Origin: a bacterium
GTDB lineage: Bacteria; Zhuqueibacterota; Zhuqueibacteria; Residuimicrobiales; Krinioviventaceae
DNA: 64,000 nt
Direction of reading: 5' to 3'
Assembly: GCA_963675755.2 (NCBI GenBank)
Contig: CAXXMD010000003.1
Span: 3,424,001 to 3,488,000 of the forward strand
The number at the start of each line of letters is the position of its first letter. Within the stretch, counting starts at the first letter, position 1. A program made the translations under genes and the position numbers. This document shows positions 41,303-51,305 of the stretch, in pieces. A model generated the notes under the pieces. That model was not told where the DNA came from. It worked only from the letters and a program-made list of their open reading frames with translations, and did no database searches.

Positions 41303-41494
41303 TGTACCATTCTTGATACACCCTTCCTAGTACTTGTTTTTATTGTACATCCATCTAATAATCCTTTGTAATGTTCAATTCTTGAATCAATTTTCGCAAT
41401 TTTCGTTAATTGTATCGAAGTTTTATGTTTTTAACTGTTTTATTATCATAGTGTTACCTTGATTGCTAATATTAATTATGGCCCTTTTTTTGTT
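41303..41494 (+). promoter_or_regulatory. Putative sigma54 promoter with paired enhancer sites (upstream of the receiver gene)
   Basis: TGT-N12-ACA at 41303 and TGT-N12-TCA at 41372; TGGCCCTTTTTTTGTT at 41479 (correct -24/-12 spacing, -12 variant). Confidence 0.55.
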
Positions 41495-41526
41495 TATAGT
41501 GTCATAATTCATCGTGGGAAAATATC

Positions 41527-41937
41527 ATGTGTTCACTAGCGTTAATTTCTTCAACAGATATACAGTTGATAAATGAGATCAATTCTCTTTTATTGACCAG
41601 GAATTTTTCTGTACTGGTAGAAAAATCCAGAGTTTCTTTACTATATTTGATTCTAAAACATGATATTAATTTTATACTCCTGGATATTGGGTATATGGAC
41701 CCGGAAGCACTCAAGGTACTTTATATTATAAAGCAGTTACGTCCAAAACTGCCTGTTATTGTTCTGACCTCAGATAATTCTGTTGATCATAATCAGGTAT
41801 TAAAATCAATGGATGTGTTTTATGTAGGCATTAAGCCGCTGCATTACCAGAATTTTTCAATGATCATTGATACCTTACTTTTGTTACGTGGTAGAAAAAC
41901 AGAATATTTGTTGGATTCGATAGAAAAGGCATTGTAA
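41527..41937 (+). CDS. Stand-alone atypical receiver-domain protein
   Basis: FILLDI, RPKLPVIVLT, KP motif; lacks the N-terminal acidic pair. Confidence 0.8.
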   Translation: MCSLALISSTDIQLINEINSLLLTRNFSVLVEKSRVSLLYLILKHDINFILLDIGYMDPEALKVLYIIKQLRPKLPVIVLTSDNSVDHNQVLKSMDVFYVGIKPLHYQNFSMIIDTLLLLRGRKTEYLLDSIEKAL

Positions 41938-41950
41938 ATAACTGTTGAAA

Positions 41951-42152
41951 TGTACGTTTTTTAGTACAACGACGTAATTACTTTAAAATCAATGCTTTAA
42001 GCGTTATTATGGTTTTAAATGTCTGATTTTTAGTACAATTGTAGATTATTTCGATAATTTTTACGAATTTTTAATTTTCTTGCTCTTTAATTTACAGGTA
42101 TTTAGCTAATGAAATTGGTGAAATGAAAATGTGTTATGGCATAATCATTGGA
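41951..42152 (+). promoter_or_regulatory. Putative sigma54 promoter with paired enhancer sites (upstream of csgE)
   Basis: TGT-N12-ACA at 41951 and 42020; TGGCATAATCATTGGA at 42137. Confidence 0.6.
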
Positions 42153-42203
42153 TAAGTTATAGATATAATTTCATTTATAAAATTAAATGCTTTTTGGGGT
42201 AAT

Positions 42204-42815
42204 GTGGGCATGGGACTAGTAGGTTTATTATATAACCTTTTTAATGGCAAGCGAAAGCTTGATAGGGTATTGGTTTGTATAATTGTAATGTTGATGACAA
42301 ATATTAATCTGATTTACTCCCAGGAACAGGATTCTGCATCTGTTGATACTGTCAAGCAAAACAAGACACGTGCAATATTGCAGAAATTGTTAAATCAGGC
42401 CACTCAGGAATCCATCCAGGATGTAATGGAAAAGCAAAAAGCCATTGCTAAAAAAGATACCATTAAAGACAGTTCTGATGAGGGCCTGGAAATTGATGGA
42501 TTGTTGATCAATGAAACCAAAACTAAAATTGGCCAGGACTTTTACGAATTCTTTTTCAATTTTTGGCAGGCACCTGACAATGCTAAAGATTATACTTTGT
42601 TTGTGTCTGAGAGACCTACAGGTAATAGCGGAAGCTGGATCTGGGTGAATGTAAATGAGACCACAGTATTTCAAAACCGATTAACCCCCAAAGCCGACCT
42701 GATTGAGGAAACTGCATCAAGTGCTGTATCAATTATCACAAATTATTTGATAAACCTGGATCAAAACCAACGACAGCTTGCCGGCGATGAGATGGCTGGG
42801 ACTGGAATTTTTTAA
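42204..42815 (+). CDS. csgE: Curli assembly component CsgE (N-terminally extended)
   Basis: EIDGLLINETKTKIGQDFYEFF, SERP, GSWIWV, C-terminal DEMAGTGIF; upstream of csgF. Confidence 0.88.
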   Translation: MGMGLVGLLYNLFNGKRKLDRVLVCIIVMLMTNINLIYSQEQDSASVDTVKQNKTRAILQKLLNQATQESIQDVMEKQKAIAKKDTIKDSSDEGLEIDGLLINETKTKIGQDFYEFFFNFWQAPDNAKDYTLFVSERPTGNSGSWIWVNVNETTVFQNRLTPKADLIEETASSAVSIITNYLINLDQNQRQLAGDEMAGTGIF

Positions 42816-42827
42816 GGAGACGGATGA

Positions 42828-43253
42828 ATGCCTCGGATAGTTAAATGTTTTATACTTTTTATTTTATTTGCAAGCAGTGCATTTGCTACTGAATTGGTTT
42901 TTACGTTTGTTAACCCTGCTTTTGGCGGTTATTATTATAACGCTACCTGGCTATTGAATTCAGCTCAATTACAAGATGATACCGGTGAATCTTCAAGTTC
43001 ATATACCAGCAGTTATTATTCAGCATCATCCCTTGAAGACTTTGAGGAAAGTATTAATCGTCAGATTCTGAGCCGTTTGTCCAGCAAGCTAGTTACACAG
43101 ATATTTGGGGAAGAAGATCTTGAACCAGGCCATTATGAAATTGGTGATTTTCAGATCGATGTAACCCCATCAGATAATGGAATACGCGTGGAAATAAATG
43201 ATCCGGTAAATGGCGGCGAAACAATTATAGAATTACCCTATTATGGTGACTGA
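42828..43253 (+). CDS. csgF: Curli assembly component CsgF
   Basis: Mature N-terminus TELVFTFVNPAFGG...NATWLLNSAQLQ; GETIIELP. Confidence 0.93.
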   Translation: MPRIVKCFILFILFASSAFATELVFTFVNPAFGGYYYNATWLLNSAQLQDDTGESSSSYTSSYYSASSLEDFEESINRQILSRLSSKLVTQIFGEEDLEPGHYEIGDFQIDVTPSDNGIRVEINDPVNGGETIIELPYYGD

Positions 43254-44685
43254 GAGTAGTGCAAAGATGAAAATGAGACCTGTAATTTATTCAATTTTTA
43301 TAATTATTATGATTTTAATGGGGTGTGCACCCTATTTACATCAAAGTAATCCTGTGCATACAACCCCGGCTACATTGGGGTATACCACAGCTATACATAG
43401 TGATTTACTTTCTTTACCTGAACCACGTGAAAAGATTGTTATTGCAGTATACAAATTTAGAGACCAGACCGGACAGTACAAAGCTTCGTCAAGTGGCATG
43501 ACATGGTCCACTGCTGTTACCCAGGGTGCTACATCTATGCTGCTAAAGGCTATGGAAGAATCAGGCTGGTTTATTGTCGTTGAACGTGAGGGTATTTCAA
43601 ACCTGCTGAATGAAAGAAAAATCATTCGCTCTACTCGTGAAAATTATACGGATGATCAAGGGCAGCAGTTACCCCCATTGCCTCCATTGCTCTATGCCGG
43701 AGTTACAATAGAGGGCGGAATTATTTCGTACGAAACAAACACTTTAACCGGTGGTTTTGGTGCACGTTATTTTGGTATTGGTGGGAATAACGAGTTCCGC
43801 AGTGATCAGGTAAATATTTATTTACGTTCTGTTGCTACAAAATCCGGTCGGATTTTAAATCAGGTAAATACTACAAAAACTATATTGTCTCAAGCTGTTG
43901 ATTTTAGTGTATATAAATTTGTACGAGAAAGCCGTTTATTAGAGATTGAAAGTGGTTATTCTACCAATGAACCGCCACAAATGTGTGTGCTGGAAGCAAT
44001 AGAGAAAGCAGTACTGGCCCTTGTTTGTGAAGGTATTGTATCAAAGAGCTGGGAGTTGAAAAATCCTGCAGATATTAAATCTCCGGTAATTCAAAGGTAT
44101 CTGGACGAAAAGCAAAGTACAACAAGATATACATTGCAGAATAGTATGCTTAACAGCAGATATGCAAAACCTCAATATGGTTATGATAAGGGATTAGGAC
44201 TTACCTTGAATGTGGGTAGTCATTTATACCAGGGCGATTACTCAAATCCCGAAATTCGCCCCATGGGTGATGCTTCTATTTTATGGGGCCTGCATCCCAA
44301 TGTCTTGTTGGAATTGAATGGTAGTATAGGGCGGATTGCAAATAAAGAAAACTTTTATACTGATTTGGGTTATTTGAATTTACAAAGCCGTTTTACATTT
44401 TGGTCAAATTCAAGATTTCGACCATTTGGAATTTTGGGCGCGGGAGCAATGAATTTTAGAGCTCGGGATAAAGCGGGAGTGTACATTCCACGTAAGAAAC
44501 GGTTTAAGGGCTGGGAGCCTGTTATGATTTCTGGTTTAGGCGTTGAATATTTTATCAATCCCAGTCTAAGCATGAATTTGAGTTTTATAAATCAATATAC
44601 CTTTACAGATTACCTGGATGGGGTTATCCATGGAAGTTATGATGACTATTTCTGGGGATTCAAGCTGGGGTTTAGTTATTACTAA
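43243..44685 (+). CDS. csgG: Curli secretion channel CsgG with C-terminal beta-barrel extension
   Basis: Lipobox LMGC; AVYKFRDQTGQYK, STAVTQGA, VEREGISNLLNERKIIR, EGGIISYE, NEP; about 190 extra residues ending FWGFKLGFSYY. Confidence 0.96.
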   Translation: MVTESSAKMKMRPVIYSIFIIIMILMGCAPYLHQSNPVHTTPATLGYTTAIHSDLLSLPEPREKIVIAVYKFRDQTGQYKASSSGMTWSTAVTQGATSMLLKAMEESGWFIVVEREGISNLLNERKIIRSTRENYTDDQGQQLPPLPPLLYAGVTIEGGIISYETNTLTGGFGARYFGIGGNNEFRSDQVNIYLRSVATKSGRILNQVNTTKTILSQAVDFSVYKFVRESRLLEIESGYSTNEPPQMCVLEAIEKAVLALVCEGIVSKSWELKNPADIKSPVIQRYLDEKQSTTRYTLQNSMLNSRYAKPQYGYDKGLGLTLNVGSHLYQGDYSNPEIRPMGDASILWGLHPNVLLELNGSIGRIANKENFYTDLGYLNLQSRFTFWSNSRFRPFGILGAGAMNFRARDKAGVYIPRKKRFKGWEPVMISGLGVEYFINPSLSMNLSFINQYTFTDYLDGVIHGSYDDYFWGFKLGFSYY

Positions 44686-44921
44686 GATCAGTTGAATACT
44701 GAAAGCTATCTGGTTGGGATCTGGTAAGGGCAGATAGATAAATGAACATCACGTAGATGTAAAAAAAACAAACGTATTTTGACAATTTCGTTGCATTAAC
44801 AGGCAATCATTAAATTATTATGTCTAAATGATTCTCTGTTGATACCAGTGGAAATGTATTGTTCATTTCCCAATGTAAACAATTGCTACATGAAAAATGC
44901 AATGCAAAGCGTAGTTGAGGA

Positions 44922-46241
44922 GTGAGGATGAGAATTTTCATGTCTGTTCTACTGGCACTGTTATTATTTTCAAGTGTTGGTATTGGCGCAGAAAACAGTG
45001 TAACTGCTAATGTAAATGGTAATTACAATCAATCAACAGTTACACAAGATGGATCAGCAAACACAGCTTCTGTTGACCAAAACAGTGCTGCAACCAAAGC
45101 AGCAGAAATGAATACTGTTGCTGTCACTCAAAAAAGTGATGATAATACCGCAACAGTTAATCAAGGTTCTGTATTAAAAACAAAGTATGTAAAGAATACG
45201 ACTGCAATTGTCACTCAGGCAGGCACAGGCGGAAACAGTGCAATTGTGAACCAGGGTACCGAAATCCATAATGGTTCAGTTGTTTCCAATGCAAAAGCGA
45301 ATATTAATCAAACTGGTGGATCCGGAAACAGTGCCGAGATAAATCAAAAATCCTGGAATTCGAATGCTTCTCCTACCAAATGGAGTAAACCGGATGATAA
45401 TACTGCAACTATTATTCAGGATGGATCTGGAAATACTGCAAGTTCAATATCTGACGTGACTCGTGGATCAACATTTATTCTTCAAGAGGGTAATGAAAAT
45501 ACAGCAACCCAAAAACAGGATGGAGAAAGAGATTTTACAGCCAGAATCACTCAGGAAGGTAACCATAATACTGCATCTCAGTTTCAACATGGTGACGCAA
45601 ATGCCAATGCGGAAATTGTTCAAAAGGGTATGGGGAATACTGCATCACAATGGCAGAAAAAAAATAATAATAGTTTGATCTATCAGGATGGTGTGGATAA
45701 TACCGCAGATGTTGAACAAAAATCTGCTGGTAATATCAAAGCCAATATTTATCAATATGGAAGTTATAATGGTTCTGCCGTTGATCCGGTTTTAATTGAA
45801 CAAAAAGGTGGATCAGGGAACTCTGCTGTGATTTATCAGGGTGATCCTACTTTGAATGTTTATAACAATAGCGCAATGATCTATCAGGATGGAACACTGA
45901 ATCTGGCAGCTATTCAACAATATAGTAATGAGAATGAAGTCATTTTATTTCAAAATGGGGTAGGGAATGAACTCCATGCATTACAAAAAGGAGGTGATGG
46001 GAACATTATCAATCTGACCCAGGATGGCGGTTCAACAGCATCTATTACTCAGGATGGCAGTGATAATGTCTTGAAAGGGGTAGGGGCAGGAAATACTATG
46101 GGACAATCATTAAATGGCAGCAGTCTTGATTTAACTCAAACAGGTACGGGAAACGTGTTAGAGTTGTTTCAGACCAATGGTGCTGCAGTCAAAGTTCTAC
46201 AAAATGGTATGACAAATAAAGTAACAATAATACAAAATTAA
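44922..46241 (+). CDS. Curlin-repeat amyloid subunit 1 (CsgA/CsgB family)
   Basis: Signal peptide followed by many N-x-A-x3-Q-x-G-x2-N repeats. Confidence 0.92.
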   Translation: MRMRIFMSVLLALLLFSSVGIGAENSVTANVNGNYNQSTVTQDGSANTASVDQNSAATKAAEMNTVAVTQKSDDNTATVNQGSVLKTKYVKNTTAIVTQAGTGGNSAIVNQGTEIHNGSVVSNAKANINQTGGSGNSAEINQKSWNSNASPTKWSKPDDNTATIIQDGSGNTASSISDVTRGSTFILQEGNENTATQKQDGERDFTARITQEGNHNTASQFQHGDANANAEIVQKGMGNTASQWQKKNNNSLIYQDGVDNTADVEQKSAGNIKANIYQYGSYNGSAVDPVLIEQKGGSGNSAVIYQGDPTLNVYNNSAMIYQDGTLNLAAIQQYSNENEVILFQNGVGNELHALQKGGDGNIINLTQDGGSTASITQDGSDNVLKGVGAGNTMGQSLNGSSLDLTQTGTGNVLELFQTNGAAVKVLQNGMTNKVTIIQN

Positions 46242-46253
46242 GGGAGTAGGGTA

Positions 46254-47393
46254 ATGAAAAGGTTGTTTGTTTTTTTGCTGGTGTTATGCATGTCAACATT
46301 TTTGATGGCTGCAAGTAATACCGCAACGATTAATCAATCAGGTAACACACACGAAGCTGATGTAACCCAATCCGGTTCTGATAATAGCGCAACAGTTATT
46401 CAGGGGAGTGGAAATGGAAATGAGCTTGGTTCTCCGGATGCAGGTGATCCAGGAATTGGCGCATATGGTGAAAGTGATGACCTCTCTAAAGCAAAGGGAT
46501 TGGTGCAGAGTGGTGATAATAATGTTGCTTATATTTCTCAATTAGGCAATAATAATGCAATACAGCAATTTCGTCAATTACGAGGTGTTTTAAATTCAGT
46601 CCAACAAATTGGTAATGCAAATGATATTTCTGTATTACAAGCCGGTGGCAACAATGTAGTAGGTCAGGCTAGTTCAGAATACAACAGTCTTGAACAAGTA
46701 GGAAATGGAAATGATGCAACAATTGGACAATCTGGAAATAATAACAAACTTGCTGTATTTTACCAGTTGAATGATGACAATTATGCAAACATTAATCAGG
46801 TTGGTGATAATAATTATATTGCTAGTGCTACGCAAAAGCCACTCGGAGGCTCTCCTGCAAATAATTCATTGACCATTCTTCAGGATGGAAATAATAACCG
46901 TATCGATAACGCAGGTGAAGAAGGAATTGATATTTTGGGTTCAATCACACAAGATGGTGATCAGAACCGTGCAAGTATGCAATTGAGTCGCACTGCTGCG
47001 TTTGGTGATATTGATCAGATTGGTGATGACAACCGTGCAACTATCACCATTAATAAAAGTTATATCGGCAATTCAAATAGTGGTGATATTGATCAACTTG
47101 GTAATGGTAATGTTGCAACTCAGGTTATCAGCCAAGTGGATCCCGGTATTACTTCTTCAAACAATACGATGACAACATTTCAATCTGGTGATGGAAATGA
47201 TGCTGATATATTAGTATTAGGTTCTGACAACCAGGCAACTATAAACCAAACCGGTATTGGTGGCCATATTGCTGATATTACACAGAGTGGTGATTTGAAT
47301 ATTGCATCTATCAGTTCAGATGGTTCTGGTCATGTTGGTTCAATTGTTCAAACAGGAAATCAAAACAATGCATTGATAACACAGCAACCATAA
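46254..47393 (+). CDS. Curlin-repeat amyloid subunit 2
   Basis: Signal peptide; repeats such as NTATINQSGNT, NDATIGQSGNN. Confidence 0.92.
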   Translation: MKRLFVFLLVLCMSTFLMAASNTATINQSGNTHEADVTQSGSDNSATVIQGSGNGNELGSPDAGDPGIGAYGESDDLSKAKGLVQSGDNNVAYISQLGNNNAIQQFRQLRGVLNSVQQIGNANDISVLQAGGNNVVGQASSEYNSLEQVGNGNDATIGQSGNNNKLAVFYQLNDDNYANINQVGDNNYIASATQKPLGGSPANNSLTILQDGNNNRIDNAGEEGIDILGSITQDGDQNRASMQLSRTAAFGDIDQIGDDNRATITINKSYIGNSNSGDIDQLGNGNVATQVISQVDPGITSSNNTMTTFQSGDGNDADILVLGSDNQATINQTGIGGHIADITQSGDLNIASISSDGSGHVGSIVQTGNQNNALITQQP

Positions 47394-47485
47394 TATAATT
47401 TACCCAATAATTGTATGTGTTTGGGTGATTAAAACAAATGACTTGTTAGCTATAAATATCGAGAAACCTTTAAAGGAAATAAATT

Positions 47486-48595
47486 ATGAAAAATTTGTTT
47501 GTAGTTTTAATGTTACTGGCAATGACAGGTTTTGTTATGGCTGGAAGTGATGCAACCGTCACACAGGTTGGTGACAATAATGATGCTCAAGTTCAACAGA
47601 CGGGCACAAATCATACTGCTGAAGTAACCCAATACGGTAAAAACATTGCTGATGTTGAGCAAGTTGGGTCTACGAATGAAGCATACATCACGCAGGGTCA
47701 ATCTGGCTCTCCGGTAACAAATTTTGGTACAAATGTTTCCTGGAAATATGGTGCTTTTATTAAACAGGATGGTTCTGACAATGACGCAGCTCAAACAGTT
47801 AGAACAAATGATAATGGAATCAGCATTTATCAAAAAGGTGATCGAAATGACGCCGTTCAGGATGTCTATTCATATATCCATAAATCAACTGATTGGAATG
47901 AAATGGGTTTAGATATTGATCAAATAGGCAATGATAATTATTCCCAACAAAAAACAATCAAACAGTTTGGTAGTTATGGTATTCAAAAAATGGTTTCTAA
48001 ACAAGAAGGAAACATGAATAGTGCTTTTCAATACAGCATTGGTGGCAAAGTATCAGAAATGCGTGTTGTGCAAGTAGGCAACAATAATACAGGTGCAACT
48101 GCTGCAGATGTTGCTTCTACAACTATTAATCCCCTTTCATTACCTTGGGGAACAGAAAAACACCCAAGCCATCTGGATGGTATAGATCCTGTTTCAAATA
48201 TTACAGATGGTGTATATACACAATATCAAAATGGTATGTATAGCACTGCAAAGACCATTGTAACTGGTTCCTATAATAAAACAACTCAGGCTCAGGAATG
48301 GACTGATTATTTTGGTGCTGCTGGTTCAAATACTGAAACACTTGACATTTTTGGAGATACCAATGCTTCCATTCAGGGACAATTTGGTGAATACAATGAA
48401 TCCTATGTAAGTGTTTCTGGCTCATACAACCAGATTGCAACCAGTCAAAAAGGTGACAGTAATTTTGCCGATGTGGATTTACTGGGTGCCAGTGATAATA
48501 ATGTTGTGGGTATCGACCAAACTGGTGATTCAAATAGCGCTATTGTTAGTGTAAACGGTGCAAATAACATGGCAACTGTTATTCAACAACCGTAG
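47486..48595 (+). CDS. Curlin-repeat amyloid subunit 3
   Basis: Signal peptide; ATVTQVGDNNDAQVQQTG repeats. Confidence 0.92.
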   Translation: MKNLFVVLMLLAMTGFVMAGSDATVTQVGDNNDAQVQQTGTNHTAEVTQYGKNIADVEQVGSTNEAYITQGQSGSPVTNFGTNVSWKYGAFIKQDGSDNDAAQTVRTNDNGISIYQKGDRNDAVQDVYSYIHKSTDWNEMGLDIDQIGNDNYSQQKTIKQFGSYGIQKMVSKQEGNMNSAFQYSIGGKVSEMRVVQVGNNNTGATAADVASTTINPLSLPWGTEKHPSHLDGIDPVSNITDGVYTQYQNGMYSTAKTIVTGSYNKTTQAQEWTDYFGAAGSNTETLDIFGDTNASIQGQFGEYNESYVSVSGSYNQIATSQKGDSNFADVDLLGASDNNVVGIDQTGDSNSAIVSVNGANNMATVIQQP

Positions 48596-48741
48596 TGATT
48601 TTTTATCCATGGGAGCTTAGTGACTCCCCATGGATAATGTTGTGTTCTTTATAAATTTTTGTGTTTGTGGGTAGTCAAATTAATTGACTAATAGGGTATT
48701 AAAAAACAATTTAATCATAACCTTGAGAAAGGGGTAAGGAA

Positions 48742-51183
48742 ATGAAAAAAGTAGTAATTTTTTTGATGGTTCTTTTAATGGCTGGTTTTGGTTTTGCAGC
48801 AAATACCAGTACAACAACTCAAAGCGGTGATAACAATACTGCAGACGTAGATCAAACAGGAAGTAATACAGCTACAACAACACAAACAGGTGACAATGGT
48901 ACAATAGATATTGACCAGAATGGTGAAAACAGTGCAACAGTAACTCAGACTGAAACTGCAACAACAACACCTGTGGGTAGTCAGGCAGCAACAGTAGACC
49001 AGAATGGCTTGCGCAATACGGTTTCTATTGAGCAGACAGAGACAGGTGATGGTGGTCATACTTTTAACAGTGCTACAGCAGTTCAAGATGGAAATGATAA
49101 TACCATTACTCAATCAACCTATGCTCCGGGATATAATAGCGGTCAAAAGGTAGACGCATATCAGGAAGGTGATGATAATACTGCTACACAGACAATTACA
49201 GCAGGTTATACCAATTCTTTTGATGTTGATCAGATTGGTGATAATAATACTTCTACTCAAACTGGATCAGCAAACCATAGTCATGGAAACGTTTATACTA
49301 ACGGTAATAATAACTCTGCTACCCAGACACTTTCAGGCAGTAATCATGGATATTCTGGTGGTATTAATATTGATCAATATGGCGATGATAATGAAGCAGA
49401 ACAGACTTTTAGTGGCAGCGGATTGGGCCATGTTCAAAAAGGTGATATTTACCAGGACGGTAATTTTAATGATGCCCTCCAGACCAGTAATGGCCCGGAT
49501 AATGTTGCCAATACCTATCAGTTCGGTAATGAAAACGTAGCTGAAACATATATTGATGGTAGTGGAAATGATTCGGACATCGATCAAGTTGGCGATTTAA
49601 ATAATGCTGACATTAATCAACAAGGTGACGAAAATACTGGAAAAATCATTCAAGTTGGTGAAGCAAATGATTCTGATATTGATCAAACCGGTAATAACAA
49701 TACTGCATCTGTAGCATTGAGTGAACCAGCTTATACTTCTTCGTATAATACTACAGATATTGATCAAACCGGTAATAGAAATACTGCAACGCTTGGTACT
49801 TTGATGGGAGATAGAAATGTTACCACAATGAACCAGGAAGGTGATGACAATTATACTGAATATAATATTGGCTATGGTAACGATAATACCGCAACAATGA
49901 CTGTGAATGGTGATCGTAACAGAACCCGTATTGGTATATCAGCAGATTGGGGTTTAAAATCTAGTAATAACTCAATTGATATTACCAAAACTGGCGATGT
50001 TAACTATGTGTCAGGTGCAATTAAAGGTAACTATAATGATGTATACATCTATCAATATGGAAGTAATAACCGTGTTGGAACTTCCTGGTATACTTCTGAT
50101 GGTGTTAATATCTTGGGTGATCAAAATTACTCTTATGCGGCACAATTAGGCGATGCAAACGGTGCTTTAGTTGGACAAGTTGGTACAGGGAATTATGGGA
50201 TCACTGAACAGTATGGTAATTCCAACTCTGCACAAGTTAATCAAGATGGTTCGAGTAACTATGGACGTGCACGTCAGTTAAGTGGAAGTTCTAGCAATGA
50301 TGCTTCTGTAAGTCAAAACGGAACAAGCAATTCAGGATTTGTAGTACAAGGAATGATTGAGAATTATTATTCAGATCCAAAATATCAGCCAACAACTGAA
50401 ATGCAATCTTATAATAGCGAAGCTTCAGTTTCGCAAGTTGGTAGTGTAAATAAAGCGTATGCTTATCAAGTCGGTGATGCTAATAAAGGTTCAGTATCTC
50501 AAAATGGTAGTAATAACACCGCTTATTCATACCAAGGATGGTCATTCGGGTTCTGGGGAGAAACTCCCACTACTTCAGCCTTGGAAGCTACAAATAGTAA
50601 TGTAACTGTAACTCAAAACAGTAGTAATAATTATGGTGCTGTATGGCAGTATGGTGGAGATAATAACGCTGCATCTATTGATCAAAATACTGGTAATGGC
50701 AACAATGCTTCAATCTCACAAGGTTTTATTTATGTAGATGCAGATTATAATTTTCCACATCCGGTTTACAACACTAATAACAATAATGCTTCTATTAGTC
50801 AGGCGGGCGCAAGCAATACTGGCAAAGTGTTCCAGCTTGGTAATAGCAACCAATTTACATTAGCGCAAAATGGAGATGGTAATAAAGTTGGTTTAATTAG
50901 TGGTACAAGTGATTTGGGTCTAGTGCGTAATGCTTATTTTGATCAATCTGGAAATGGAAATATTTTCACTGGTACCCAGAATAATGGTGCTACTTTGGAT
51001 AATACCAGTTTTCAGCTTGGTGACGACAATGAAATTGATCTGATCCAGGGATCCGGAGATGTTGCTTTAATTCAACAAGATGGTGATTTAAATACTGCAA
51101 ACAATTATCAATATGGTGGTGCTAATTCATCCAGTATTATACAAACAGGTGATGGAAATACTTCAACAGTAACACAAAATTAA
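48742..51183 (+). CDS. Curlin-repeat amyloid subunit 4 (813 aa)
   Basis: Signal peptide; roughly 30 Q-x-G-x-x-N repeats. Confidence 0.93.
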   Translation: MKKVVIFLMVLLMAGFGFAANTSTTTQSGDNNTADVDQTGSNTATTTQTGDNGTIDIDQNGENSATVTQTETATTTPVGSQAATVDQNGLRNTVSIEQTETGDGGHTFNSATAVQDGNDNTITQSTYAPGYNSGQKVDAYQEGDDNTATQTITAGYTNSFDVDQIGDNNTSTQTGSANHSHGNVYTNGNNNSATQTLSGSNHGYSGGINIDQYGDDNEAEQTFSGSGLGHVQKGDIYQDGNFNDALQTSNGPDNVANTYQFGNENVAETYIDGSGNDSDIDQVGDLNNADINQQGDENTGKIIQVGEANDSDIDQTGNNNTASVALSEPAYTSSYNTTDIDQTGNRNTATLGTLMGDRNVTTMNQEGDDNYTEYNIGYGNDNTATMTVNGDRNRTRIGISADWGLKSSNNSIDITKTGDVNYVSGAIKGNYNDVYIYQYGSNNRVGTSWYTSDGVNILGDQNYSYAAQLGDANGALVGQVGTGNYGITEQYGNSNSAQVNQDGSSNYGRARQLSGSSSNDASVSQNGTSNSGFVVQGMIENYYSDPKYQPTTEMQSYNSEASVSQVGSVNKAYAYQVGDANKGSVSQNGSNNTAYSYQGWSFGFWGETPTTSALEATNSNVTVTQNSSNNYGAVWQYGGDNNAASIDQNTGNGNNASISQGFIYVDADYNFPHPVYNTNNNNASISQAGASNTGKVFQLGNSNQFTLAQNGDGNKVGLISGTSDLGLVRNAYFDQSGNGNIFTGTQNNGATLDNTSFQLGDDNEIDLIQGSGDVALIQQDGDLNTANNYQYGGANSSSIIQTGDGNTSTVTQN

Positions 51184-51305
51184 TTTATATGCCCGGGAAC
51201 GCTTTATTGTCGTCCCCGGGCACAAAGATCATTAGGGTCTTGATTTGGGATGGGCAGTGAAAAAGAGTAACTGTCAAAAACAATTATATTTGGGAGAGGG
51301 GTAAC

